A stretch of 64,000 bases of DNA from Opitutia bacterium (GCA_029252625.1 JAQXBA010000021.1:25067-89066); one strand, 5' to 3'; positions 42,752 to 51,277 are shown, numbered from the stretch's first letter. The notes: a model not told the origin generated them from the sequence alone. Numbers and translations are program-made.

Positions 42752-43351
42752 CTATTTCTTAAAGCTATTCTCGGTGCCTTGAAACATACGGACGATATTC
42801 GAGCGGTGACGCACCACAATTAATACACTCAGCACCAGACCTAGAGTGAACCGAGGGTCGCCCGCGCCATAGAGCACATAAGCACTCACCGCCAAACTCA
42901 CAGCAAATAACATCGATGCGACCGCGACCAAGCGCGTCGTAAAAAAGATGGCCGCCCATATCGCGACGCCGATCAGCAACACGATCGGCATAATAGCAAG
43001 CAATCCACCCATCGTGGTGGCGACACCCTTGCCGCCTTTAAATTTGAGAAAGGCCGAAAAGCTGTGCCCTATAATAGACGCGATCAGCCCGATGATGCCA
43101 AGCTTCAAGCCTGCATCGCTCATCCACAGCAACGGCCAAGCTGCCGCCGCGAAGCCCTTGAGCGCATCACAGGCAAACACGATGTTGCCATATTTCGAGC
43201 CGAGCGCGCGCGTCACATTCGTAGCACCGGGGTTGCCACTGCCATACTTCAAAATGTCGACGCCCTGACTGCGGGCGACGATCACGGCAAAACTGATAGC
43301 GCCGAGCAAATAGCCAACGACGGAAACAAGGAGGATGTTGAGACTACTCAT
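42752..43351 (-). CDS. plsY: Glycerol-3-phosphate acyltransferase PlsY
   Basis: GSGNPGATNVTR, DALKG, GHSFS...FKGGKGVATT, RHRSNIVR. Confidence 0.96.
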   Translation of the reverse strand: MSSLNILLVSVVGYLLGAISFAVIVARSQGVDILKYGSGNPGATNVTRALGSKYGNIVFACDALKGFAAAAWPLLWMSDAGLKLGIIGLIASIIGHSFSAFLKFKGGKGVATTMGGLLAIMPIVLLIGVAIWAAIFFTTRLVAVASMLFAVSLAVSAYVLYGAGDPRFTLGLVLSVLIVVRHRSNIVRMFQGTENSFKK

Positions 43352-43399
43352 ATTTGAAATTAGAGGTTAAAAATCGCAGGGTAAGCCCGTGGCTCTGAA

Positions 43400-43454
43400 T
43401 CGCGGGATAAACCCGTTCGCTACAAATTCGTAGCGACTGGCTTTACGCCAGGAT
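43400..43454. repeat. Divergent pair of GTAG-type REP elements
   Basis: The minus strand reads GTAG-CGAA-CGGGTTTATCCCG-CGA. Five nt away, the plus strand reads GTAG-CGA-CTGGCTTTACGCCAG. Each is a GTAG tetranucleotide followed by a palindrome. Confidence 0.65.
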
Positions 43455-43483
43455 CTTAAATTCGGAGTTGAAAGAGACTACAT

Positions 43484-43552
43484 AAAAAAGCCGCAGAGGG
43501 CGCAATGGCAACAGAGAATCAATCCCTGCGTCCGGCGCGCACTCTGCGGCTT
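43484..43552 (-). terminator. Long hairpin or terminator after serA
   Basis: AAGCCGCAGAG...CTCTGCGGCTT arms with a 6-U tract on the minus strand. Confidence 0.6.
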
Positions 43553-43567
43553 GTAAAATATAATACC

Positions 43568-45154
43568 TTAGAGACGGATCACACGATATTTATCGATCGC
43601 GGCATGTTCCGCGATCTTCTTAGTCGCGGCCTCAGACGGAGCACTATCCAACTCAAAGACACTGACTGCGAAGCCCTCGCCCTGATCGCGACTGAGCGAC
43701 ATATTGGCAATATTCACATTGTCCTCGCCGAGTGTCACCCCGATGAAACCGACGATGCCAGGAACATCCTTGTTCTTCAACACGAGCAGTGTCGCATCAG
43801 TATTGACCTCGACGCTGTGGCCGTCGATCGCGACGATGCGCGGGCTCTGGTTTTTACCTACCAATGTACCACCAATCGTGCGCGTCTTGCCGCTCTTGCT
43901 GGTGACTTGAACTTCGACGAGTTCAGTAAACTCAGCGTGCGCAGAGCTCTTCACTTGCTCCGTCTCGATGCCAAGCCGTGCGATTTTCTTCGGTGCATTG
44001 ACGTCGTTGACGTTATCGGAAATTTCGCGCAGGTAACCGCGTTGGATTGCGTAGCTGAGCGGCAAAGTGTCGAGCTCGGTGATCTTACCGAAGTAGCGGA
44101 TCGTGATTTTCTCGACGCCCTCAGGCGCGAGCTGCTGAGAAAATGTGCCGAGCTTCTCACCAAGCGTCAGGTAAGGCGCTATCTGCTCCAGCGCCTTCGG
44201 ATCGAGCGACGGCATGTTGAGCGCATTACGCACCATCTCACCCTTAAGGGCCTCGATCATTTGCTTGGCCACGTCGATACCGACGTTCTCCTGAGCTTCT
44301 TGAGTGGAAGCACCGAGGTGCGGCGTGAGCACTAAATTGTCGATTTGACGTAGCGGGCTATCTGCAGCGGGTGGCTCGTCTTCGTAAACGTCAAGACCAG
44401 CAGCTGCCACTTTGCCTGAATTCATCGCTTCGATCAGCGCAGTCTCGTCGATGATACCACCACGTGCGCAGTTAAACACGCGCACCCCATCCTTCATACG
44501 ACCAAACGCATCGGCATTGAGCATGTGCTTGGTATCTGCAGTCAGCGGCATGTGCACCGTTATGTAGTCGGCATTCTCGATCACTTCGTCGAGCGTCGAA
44601 AGTCTTACGCCCAGCGTATTTGCGCGGGACTCAGTCAAATAAGGGTCGTAGCCCAACACAGTCATATTGAAGGCCTGTGCTCGCTTCGCGACTTCTGCGC
44701 CGATGCGGCCCATTCCGAGCACACCAAGCGTCTTGCCGTTTAACTCGGAACCAGTGTAAAGCTTACGGTCCCAGCGACCCGCCGTCATACTAGCAGCCGC
44801 CTGCACGATCGGACGAGTACCAGCGAGCATGTGCGTGAATGTAAGCTCCGCAGTGGCCAGCGTGTTGCCCGTCGGCGTGTTCATGACGATCACACCCGCG
44901 TCAGTGGCTGCTTCGATGTCGATATTGTCGACACCGACACCCGCACGACCGACAACCTTAAGCTTCGGCGCAGCAGCGACTACCTCCGCAGTCACGCGTG
45001 TGTCAGAGCGCAATGCAATTGCATCGACATCCTTAACGATTTTAAGGAGCTCCTCAGGAGTGGATCCATAAGCCTCGATTACTTCAAAACCTTCTTCAGA
45101 TTTGAACAAATCAACACCAATGGGAGAAATACGGTCTGCGACTAGAATTTTCAT
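43568..45154 (-). CDS. serA: D-3-phosphoglycerate dehydrogenase (type I, with ASB and ACT domains)
   Basis: GRAGVGVDNID, GVLGMGRIG, NCARGGIIDE, TPHLGASTQEAQ. The start was moved to the ATG at 45154 (MKILVADRIS). Confidence 0.97.
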   Translation of the reverse strand: MKILVADRISPIGVDLFKSEEGFEVIEAYGSTPEELLKIVKDVDAIALRSDTRVTAEVVAAAPKLKVVGRAGVGVDNIDIEAATDAGVIVMNTPTGNTLATAELTFTHMLAGTRPIVQAAASMTAGRWDRKLYTGSELNGKTLGVLGMGRIGAEVAKRAQAFNMTVLGYDPYLTESRANTLGVRLSTLDEVIENADYITVHMPLTADTKHMLNADAFGRMKDGVRVFNCARGGIIDETALIEAMNSGKVAAAGLDVYEDEPPAADSPLRQIDNLVLTPHLGASTQEAQENVGIDVAKQMIEALKGEMVRNALNMPSLDPKALEQIAPYLTLGEKLGTFSQQLAPEGVEKITIRYFGKITELDTLPLSYAIQRGYLREISDNVNDVNAPKKIARLGIETEQVKSSAHAEFTELVEVQVTSKSGKTRTIGGTLVGKNQSPRIVAIDGHSVEVNTDATLLVLKNKDVPGIVGFIGVTLGEDNVNIANMSLSRDQGEGFAVSVFELDSAPSEAATKKIAEHAAIDKYRVIRL

Positions 45155-45408
45155 AGAAAGCCGAGCAGTAAATTTCACCGCCACCGAATTGCAACGAAAA
45201 GAAGCACTCTGGCGCATCTTCTTTTTAGCTAAACCGATTGCAGCGTCATTTAACTGCCACATATTTCCGAATGAATCCGCCAACAACATCTGCGAATCGG
45301 TGCGCATATTAAGATTCGAATACCAAAGCAATCGCGCTCAATTAAAGTCACTAAAAGTCCCAATTCACGTTGCCAGAGCCCCTTTAATGCTTAACATTTG
45401 AGTTAGTT

Positions 45409-45696
45409 ATGAGTCGCAGACGAAAGCCAATTCTTTATGTAAAAGCCGACTGCCCATGGTGCCGAGAAGCACTCTCCTTCTTTAACTCTCAAGGCGTCGA
45501 CTTAGATCTACGCGACGTGAACGAAAATGCAAAAGATATGGACGCGATGGTCGCCATCAGCGGCCAGACTAATGCACCGACCTTTGAATATGGCGATTTC
45601 GTCGTAGCGGACTTTTCGGTCGATGAATTTCTCGCCGAACTCAACGAGTTCCCTGAAGTCCGGCATCACCTAGGCATCAGCGACAGCGAGAACTAG
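45409..45696 (+). CDS. Glutaredoxin-like protein (CPWC), paralog 1
   Basis: LYVKADCPWC...ISGQTNAPTF...VADF, a thioredoxin-fold CxxC protein. Confidence 0.85.
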   Translation: MSRRRKPILYVKADCPWCREALSFFNSQGVDLDLRDVNENAKDMDAMVAISGQTNAPTFEYGDFVVADFSVDEFLAELNEFPEVRHHLGISDSEN

Positions 45697-45768
45697 CCAC
45701 CAGAGCGCCACACCAGAGAACGCTCGACAGAGAAAGGTAAATACACAGCGCCTACGACTCCCTGACAG

Positions 45769-45848
45769 TGAAACAGACATTGCGGCCTGTCCCAGCAGTG
45801 TCAGCACCCGAGAATCATCCAACATAACAGGTAGCAATGCCTATATCA
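45769..45848. repeat. Degenerate copy of the ACAGACATT-type inverted repeat
   Basis: TGAAACAGACATTGCGGCCTGT ... ACAGGTAGCAATGCCTATATCA. GTGAAACAGACATT is identical to 42668-42681. Confidence 0.55.
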
Positions 45849-46171
45849 TCCAGGCAATTGTGAAAGAGGGGCCCAGAGCAGTCGCTTTCTTCTTTAGGTT
45901 CATCGTCGACTAATGGGTAAAGAAGGAAGGGCCACTCGCTCTTCTTTACTTTCACACTGGATCAATGTGGGCGAGTCGCCCACATTTTTATCGGCCATCT
46001 CAAGAGACTGTCCCTAAAAGCACACTTGCAATCTTAATGAACCGAAAAGATCAAACGATGCATACTAAGCAAAAACCGAATGAGTGCCGGCGAGCACCGG
46101 AAGGTCCTCGGCTCCAAGCAAGCGATTAGAATTGCCCCCTTCAAGCATAACGACACCTTTACTGGCGTTTC

Positions 46172-47380
46172 ATGAAGTCACTTATATATACCAACGAATT
46201 CCCTCCCCACATTTACGGCGGCGCTGGCGTCCATGTGGAATACCTCACCCGTGAACTGGCGAAGTTTATCGACGTCGATGTGCGTTGCTTCGGCGATCAA
46301 GACGTCGCAGAGCAAACGCTAACCGCGAAAGGCTACCAAGTTGACAAGAGCGGATACACCTGCCCAGAAAAATTGCACAGTGTGTTCGCCTGCCTCCAGC
46401 AAGGCCTCGACTTTAACACGGATGGCAACAATGCCGACATCGTGCACTGCCACACTTGGTATACGCACATGGCCGGTATCCTCACCAAGCTCAACTACGG
46501 CATACCGCTCGTGGTGACCGCGCACTCGCTAGAGCCGCTGCGCCCATGGAAACGCGAGCAGCTGGGCGGTGGCTATGACTGCAGCCGCTGGGTCGAAAAG
46601 ACCGCTATCGAAATGGCCGACGCCGTCGTCTGTGTATCCGAAGGCACCAAGGCCGACGTGATGCAACACTTCAACGTCGATCCTGAGAAGCTCCACATTA
46701 TTTACAACGGCATCGACCCTGACGAATACTATAAGCAGGACGCGAGCGAAGCACTCGAACGCTTCGGTATCGATAAAGAACAGCCCTACGTGCTGTTTGT
46801 CGGTCGTATTACCCGCCAAAAGGGCATCATTCACCTCGTCGAAGCGATCAAGCATATGCACCCCGGCTACCAGATCGTGCTCTGTGCCGGCGCACCCGAC
46901 ACGCCAGAGATCGCCGCAGAAATGAAAACTGCCGTAGAAAGCGCCAAGCAAGAGCGCGACGGCATCTTCTGGATCGATGAAATGGTAGACAAACCCACCG
47001 TCATCAAACTCTACGGCGGCGCTGCCGTCTTTTGCTGCCCATCCGTTTACGAGCCTTTCGGTATTATCAATCTCGAGGCCATGGCCTGCGAGACACCGGT
47101 GGTCGGCTCAGCTGTCGGCGGGATCCCCGAAGTGGTCGTGCATGATGAGACTGGCTACCTCGTGCCACTCGCACAGAGCCATGAGAGCCCGTTCAGCCCG
47201 CTCAACCCCGAAGCCTTTGCCAAGGATCTAGCCCACCAAGTCAATCGACTGATGGAAAACCCAGAGCGCCGCGAAGCATTGGGCAAGGCTGGCCGCCAAC
47301 GTGCGATCGAGCACTTCAGCTGGACTTCCATCGCCCAACAAACGCAGGCGCTCTACCAAAACCTGATCGAGCAGAACTAA
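46172..47380 (+). CDS. glgA: GT4 glycosyltransferase of the actinobacterial GlgA/GlgM type (alpha-maltose-1-phosphate synthase or glycogen synthase)
   Basis: EFPPHIYGGAGVHVEYL, HCHTWY, HSLEPLRPWKREQLGGGY, FVGRITRQKG, YEPFGIINLEAMAC. Confidence 0.88.
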   Translation: MKSLIYTNEFPPHIYGGAGVHVEYLTRELAKFIDVDVRCFGDQDVAEQTLTAKGYQVDKSGYTCPEKLHSVFACLQQGLDFNTDGNNADIVHCHTWYTHMAGILTKLNYGIPLVVTAHSLEPLRPWKREQLGGGYDCSRWVEKTAIEMADAVVCVSEGTKADVMQHFNVDPEKLHIIYNGIDPDEYYKQDASEALERFGIDKEQPYVLFVGRITRQKGIIHLVEAIKHMHPGYQIVLCAGAPDTPEIAAEMKTAVESAKQERDGIFWIDEMVDKPTVIKLYGGAAVFCCPSVYEPFGIINLEAMACETPVVGSAVGGIPEVVVHDETGYLVPLAQSHESPFSPLNPEAFAKDLAHQVNRLMENPERREALGKAGRQRAIEHFSWTSIAQQTQALYQNLIEQN

Positions 47381-47421
47381 CCACTTCCTCATCCTTCACT
47401 TTTCACTTCTCTCACTTTATA

Positions 47422-49392
47422 ATGAGCTTGCTTAAAAAATTTAAAGGGCGCAATCGCGTCATTATCGATACCCTAACCCCTGCTCTAGAAGCAGAGAAAT
47501 ATCCACTCAAACGGGTCATCGGCGACGCCCAAGAGTTCCGCGTACATGCCTTTACTGATAGCCACGACATCATTACTGTCGATTTCTGTCATCGCCGTAG
47601 AGGCGCCAAGGAATGGGTCAGGAATACAATGCACGAAGCCGGCAACGACGAGTGGACCTACAATCTACAACCATGGGAAATCGGGCTGTATGAATATTGT
47701 GTGATGTCAGCCGTCGACCACTTCGGCTCATGGCGACACGGCTTCGCCCGCAAGCTCGAGGACGGCCAATCAGCCGACGTCGAGTTAGCCATTGGCGGCG
47801 ACATCGTGCTCGATGCGGCCAAGCGCGCCAAGGGCGACGACAAGATCCGCCTTAAAGAATTTGGCAACACCCTCAAGAATTCCGATCGCATCGACCGTGA
47901 GCGAATCGACGCTGCGCACAGTGAAGAACTTCGCGGGCTCGTTTCCCGTTGCTTCGACGCCAAACTTGCCACTCAGTCGCCAATCCACCTGCTCATGGTA
48001 GAGCGCAAGTTAGCAGTTTTCAGCACCTGGTATGAATACTTTCCCCGCTCGTGCGGACCAGATACCGAAACCCACGGCACCTTTGAGGACGCGAAAAGCC
48101 GTCTGCTCGAAATCGATCGAATGGGCTTTAATATCGTCTACTTCCCGCCGATCCATCCAATCGGCCAAGCCTTCCGCAAGGGCAAGAATAACTCACTCAC
48201 TCCAACAGACAGCGACGTTGGCAGCCCTTGGGCAATCGGCGCAAAATCCGGCGGGCACAAAGACATCTTGGCCGAACTCGGCACTCTGGATGATTTTAAA
48301 TCATTTATTGCTGCCGCCGCAGATTACAAAATCGAAGTCGCAATGGACATCGCCTTCCAATGCTCCCCCGAACACCCGTGGGTCAAACAACACCCGCAAT
48401 GGTTTAAGTGGCGCCCCGATGGCACCTGCCAATACGCAGAGAACCCGCCTAAGAAATATCAAGACATCGTGCCGATCAATTTCGAGAGCGACGATTGGGA
48501 AAACCTCTGGTTAGAATTAAAGTCGGTATTTGATTACTGGATCGAGGCAGGTGTTAGAGTCTTCCGCGTAGACAACCCACACACCAAATCCTTCCCATTT
48601 TGGAACTGGTGTATCCTAGAGATCAAAACGGCGCACCCCGAAGTCATCTTCCTCGCAGAGGCCTTCACACGGCCGAAGCGTAAATACAATTTAGCCAAGG
48701 CTGGGTTCACACATGGCTACACCTATTTCACCTGGCGTAACACACCCTCTGAAATGCGTGAATACCTCACCGAACTCACCACTTCGGAAACCAAAGATTA
48801 CTTCTGGCCCAATTTCTGGCCCAATACACCCGACATCCTTCACGACGACCTACAAGTCAACAGCCGCGCCGCATATTTAGGCCGCTACGTGTTGGCAGCA
48901 ACACTCTCGTCCAATATCGGCATCTACGGCCCCGCATACGAGTTGATGGACTTTGAGCCCTATCCCGGCAAAGAGGAATACAACCACAGCGAGAAATACG
49001 AACTTAAGCAGTGGGACTGGGACAAGCAAGGCAACCTCAAGGGAGAGATCGCCCGCATCAATGCGATCCGTAACCACCATCCCGCCCTGCAGCGCACCTT
49101 CAACCTGTTCTTCGCCGACTCTGACAACCCGCACTTCCTCTGCTACCTTAAGCAGAATTGGGATCGCTCAGATCAAATCCTAGTCGTCGTCAGTATGGAC
49201 TGGGAGCACACCCAAAGCGGATCTATCAACCTACCACTCGACCACCTGGGCCTCGGCGAGCACGACGGCTTCACCGTACGTGACCTCTACGATCCGTATG
49301 AAGCCGAATTCACCTGGCAAGGCTCGCGTAATTTCATCAAGATAAATCCACACGTGCGCCCCGCGCATATTTTTAAGATCCGCAAGCTATAG
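47422..49392 (+). CDS. glgE: alpha-1,4-glucan:maltose-1-phosphate maltosyltransferase (GH13_3)
   Basis: WYEYFPRS, YFPPIHPIG, GSPWAIG, QYAENPPKKYQDI, FRVDNPHTK (nucleophile), FLAEAFT, NTPDIL. Confidence 0.95.
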   Translation: MSLLKKFKGRNRVIIDTLTPALEAEKYPLKRVIGDAQEFRVHAFTDSHDIITVDFCHRRRGAKEWVRNTMHEAGNDEWTYNLQPWEIGLYEYCVMSAVDHFGSWRHGFARKLEDGQSADVELAIGGDIVLDAAKRAKGDDKIRLKEFGNTLKNSDRIDRERIDAAHSEELRGLVSRCFDAKLATQSPIHLLMVERKLAVFSTWYEYFPRSCGPDTETHGTFEDAKSRLLEIDRMGFNIVYFPPIHPIGQAFRKGKNNSLTPTDSDVGSPWAIGAKSGGHKDILAELGTLDDFKSFIAAAADYKIEVAMDIAFQCSPEHPWVKQHPQWFKWRPDGTCQYAENPPKKYQDIVPINFESDDWENLWLELKSVFDYWIEAGVRVFRVDNPHTKSFPFWNWCILEIKTAHPEVIFLAEAFTRPKRKYNLAKAGFTHGYTYFTWRNTPSEMREYLTELTTSETKDYFWPNFWPNTPDILHDDLQVNSRAAYLGRYVLAATLSSNIGIYGPAYELMDFEPYPGKEEYNHSEKYELKQWDWDKQGNLKGEIARINAIRNHHPALQRTFNLFFADSDNPHFLCYLKQNWDRSDQILVVVSMDWEHTQSGSINLPLDHLGLGEHDGFTVRDLYDPYEAEFTWQGSRNFIKINPHVRPAHIFKIRKL

Positions 49393-49419
49393 GCTGCGGC
49401 GGCGGATCAAACATTTAGC

Positions 49420-49452
49420 AAGCCTCGGCATTTACACGCCGAGGCTTTTTTT
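49420..49452 (+). terminator. Intrinsic terminator after glgE
   Basis: AAGCCTCGGC-atttacac-GCCGAGGCTT-TTTTT. Confidence 0.85.
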
Positions 49453-49454
49453 GG

Positions 49455-49707
49455 TTTATTCTCAGCTTAGAGAATGGCATTGATATATTTAGGGAGCGTT
49501 GAATTTGCTTTTGCGCATGGGAGGGACGAGCTACGTGTCGTACGGTACCGATGCGTAAGAGTCAGACAGAATTATCAGCCTTTTGAGACTCCTGGATTTT
49601 CATGCCGTCGCTAAAGTGCCCGCGGTCGACTCGGAAGTCGAGTCTCCCCAATAGAATACCCATACCATTAGGGGCAGTATAGCATCTCCGCGGGAAATGA
49701 CGATTAA
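49455..49707. mobile_element. MITE/REPIN-like element, older copy A
   Basis: Aligns end to end with 51752-52006 (about 75-80% identical by manual alignment). It is flanked by CTTTTTTTGG on the left and CTTTTTTTGTGG on the right, consistent with an eroded 12-bp target duplication. Confidence 0.75.
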
Positions 49708-49857
49708 CTTTTTTTGTGGCAAGAAACACCCCTGTCTCACGACGGAGTCTACCGCAGACCTGACGCGATTCAATACCTGCACGCAGTCGTAAGAACGGAG
49801 AGTTATCTGGATATTTTATAGTAGCTCTAGCCCTCCAGATCAGTTTAGCTCCTCGCA

Positions 49858-50121
49858 ATGAACACACCAATCCTTTATATAAAATCTGGTTGCCCTTGGT
49901 GCACAGAAGCCCTCAGCTACTTCAGCGAAAATAACATTCGTCTCGAAACTCGCGAAGTGCGCAGCAACAAAGTCTTCATGGAGCAGATGGTACAGCACAG
50001 CAGCCAAACCAAAACCCCCACCTTTGTACACGGAGAATTCGTCGTCGCCGACTTTGACATCGGCGAGTTCAAAGCCGCGCTGGATAAAGCGCCCGCCGTC
50101 AAAGTACAGCTTGGGCTGTAG
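49858..50121 (+). CDS. Glutaredoxin-like protein (CPWC), paralog 2
   Basis: LYIKSGCPWC...QTKTPTF...VVADF; clearly homologous to 45409-45696. Confidence 0.85.
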   Translation: MNTPILYIKSGCPWCTEALSYFSENNIRLETREVRSNKVFMEQMVQHSSQTKTPTFVHGEFVVADFDIGEFKAALDKAPAVKVQLGL

Positions 50122-50298
50122 GCTCGGTATCGGCACCGCGATGTCGATTCTTCAACGTACGATCAGAACTTCGCCGACTTGCGTCGTCATCGTCTGCCGA
50201 CCCTCATTGGCTGCCAATTTATTCGAAACATCCTCTGCGTGCCTAGGCATCAGAAGGATCGCACCTGCCCCAGATTAATGACCATAGCCAATTATATT

Positions 50299-50375
50299 AA
50301 AAAAAGCGCCGTCCCTTTCGAGACGACGCTTTTTCCAAACAACAAACTAATAAAACCTAAACAATATGATTATAT
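50299..50375 (-). ncRNA. Candidate small RNA, copy 1 (~77 nt)
   Basis: Preceded by TTTTGAACG-N16-GTCTA. It contains GUUUGUUGUUUG and ends in an 11-bp GAAA-tetraloop hairpin plus 7 U. It has no ORF, and a paralog lies at 50946-51020. Confidence 0.6.
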
Positions 50376-50380
50376 AAAGA

Positions 50381-50410
50381 TAGACGGACCAATGGCCCAA
50401 ACGTTCAAAA
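50381..50410 (-). promoter_or_regulatory. ECF/sigmaE-type promoter of sRNA copy 1
   Basis: GAACGT-N16-TCTAT matches the RpoE/AlgU-type GAACTT-N16-TCTnA layout. Confidence 0.55.
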
Positions 50411-50465
50411 TAGTTTTATTTTTTTAATTAAATGCTGAAAGCGCGCATCTGCGCCTCATCAGCCC

Positions 50466-50831
50466 CTATAGCTCAGTATACTTAATACTTCGCCCGCGGG
50501 CTTTCTCGACTGGATATTTTTCTGCATTACGCTGCATTTTCGCCTCAATAATCGCCGCAATGTTAATTCCAGTGACGTTAGCGAACTCAATTGCGAAGAT
50601 AAATACGTCCGCCAACTCCTCCTCAACCTTTGCACGCAGCTTGGTCACCTCGACATCAGTGTGTGACTGATCTGGGCTCTGCCAGAGGAAGTGCTCCATT
50701 AACTCGGCCGCCTCTGCCGAAATCGCCATCGAAAGATTCTTGGGACTGTGGAATTGCTCCCAATCTCTCTCCTTGGCGAAAGCTAGCACACGATCTTTGA
50801 TTTCCTGTAGGCGAGTCTCAGCGTCATTCAT
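50466..50831 (-). CDS. MazG-like nucleotide pyrophosphohydrolase (dCTP pyrophosphatase-like)
   Basis: ERDWEQFHSPKNLSMAISAEAAELMEHFLW...EELADV...KMQRNAEKYP. Confidence 0.92.
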   Translation of the reverse strand: MNDAETRLQEIKDRVLAFAKERDWEQFHSPKNLSMAISAEAAELMEHFLWQSPDQSHTDVEVTKLRAKVEEELADVFIFAIEFANVTGINIAAIIEAKMQRNAEKYPVEKARGRSIKYTEL

Positions 50832-50945
50832 ATGCAGGATCAATAGGCACTGCTGAGCAAGCTATCAATGGTGAAATAGGCCGAGATCGCCAGACTTCCC
50901 TATTGCACCTCTTCACACCTATGCGGAGATAGCCACTCGCTACAT

Positions 50946-51020
50946 AAAAAGGCGCCGACTCTTTCGAGACGACGCCTTTTACAAACAACAAACACATGAA
51001 AAATCTAATTAAGATTATAT
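50946..51020 (-). ncRNA. Candidate small RNA, copy 2 (~75 nt)
   Basis: Same promoter boxes, same 5' end AUAUAAUC, same GUUUGUUGUUUG core and a homologous GAAA-tetraloop terminator as copy 1. Confidence 0.6.
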
Positions 51021-51025
51021 ATAGA

Positions 51026-51055
51026 TAGACGTGCTAGTGGCCAAAGCGTTCAAAA
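51026..51055 (-). promoter_or_regulatory. ECF/sigmaE-type promoter of sRNA copy 2
   Basis: TTTTGAACG-N16-GTCTATCT; the boxes are conserved with copy 1 while the spacer has diverged. Confidence 0.55.
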
Positions 51056-51277
51056 TACTTTCAGTTTTTTCTACCAAATTTCGAACTACGCCAAAATAGC
51101 GCCCAAGGCCTTGCTTATGAGTGACTTTATAATGCGCCACTTCAGCCGCCGGAAAATGCAAGCCGCCTGTTCTGCTACTGGCAGGCTGAACGCGGACCCT
51201 GCCGAACGCATCAATGAATTCCTCAACACCCCGTTTACAATGCGTGGAGCTTTGTTATCCTTATAGCTACGCCCCCT

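Noticed and set aside
43505-44335. 276-aa + strand ORF opposite serA (and the many similar antisense ORFs over rpo and ribosomal genes)
   Set aside because: Antisense shadows produced by codon bias in strongly conserved genes.
46081-46125. SRP RNA-like CCGGAAGG
   Set aside because: The flanking CAGG and AAGCAG internal-loop nucleotides and the long stem are missing.
50361-51030. Small peptides on the + strand of the twin repeats (MII*, MKNLIKIIYR*)
   Set aside because: The frames and lengths differ between the copies, so conservation is not at the protein level.
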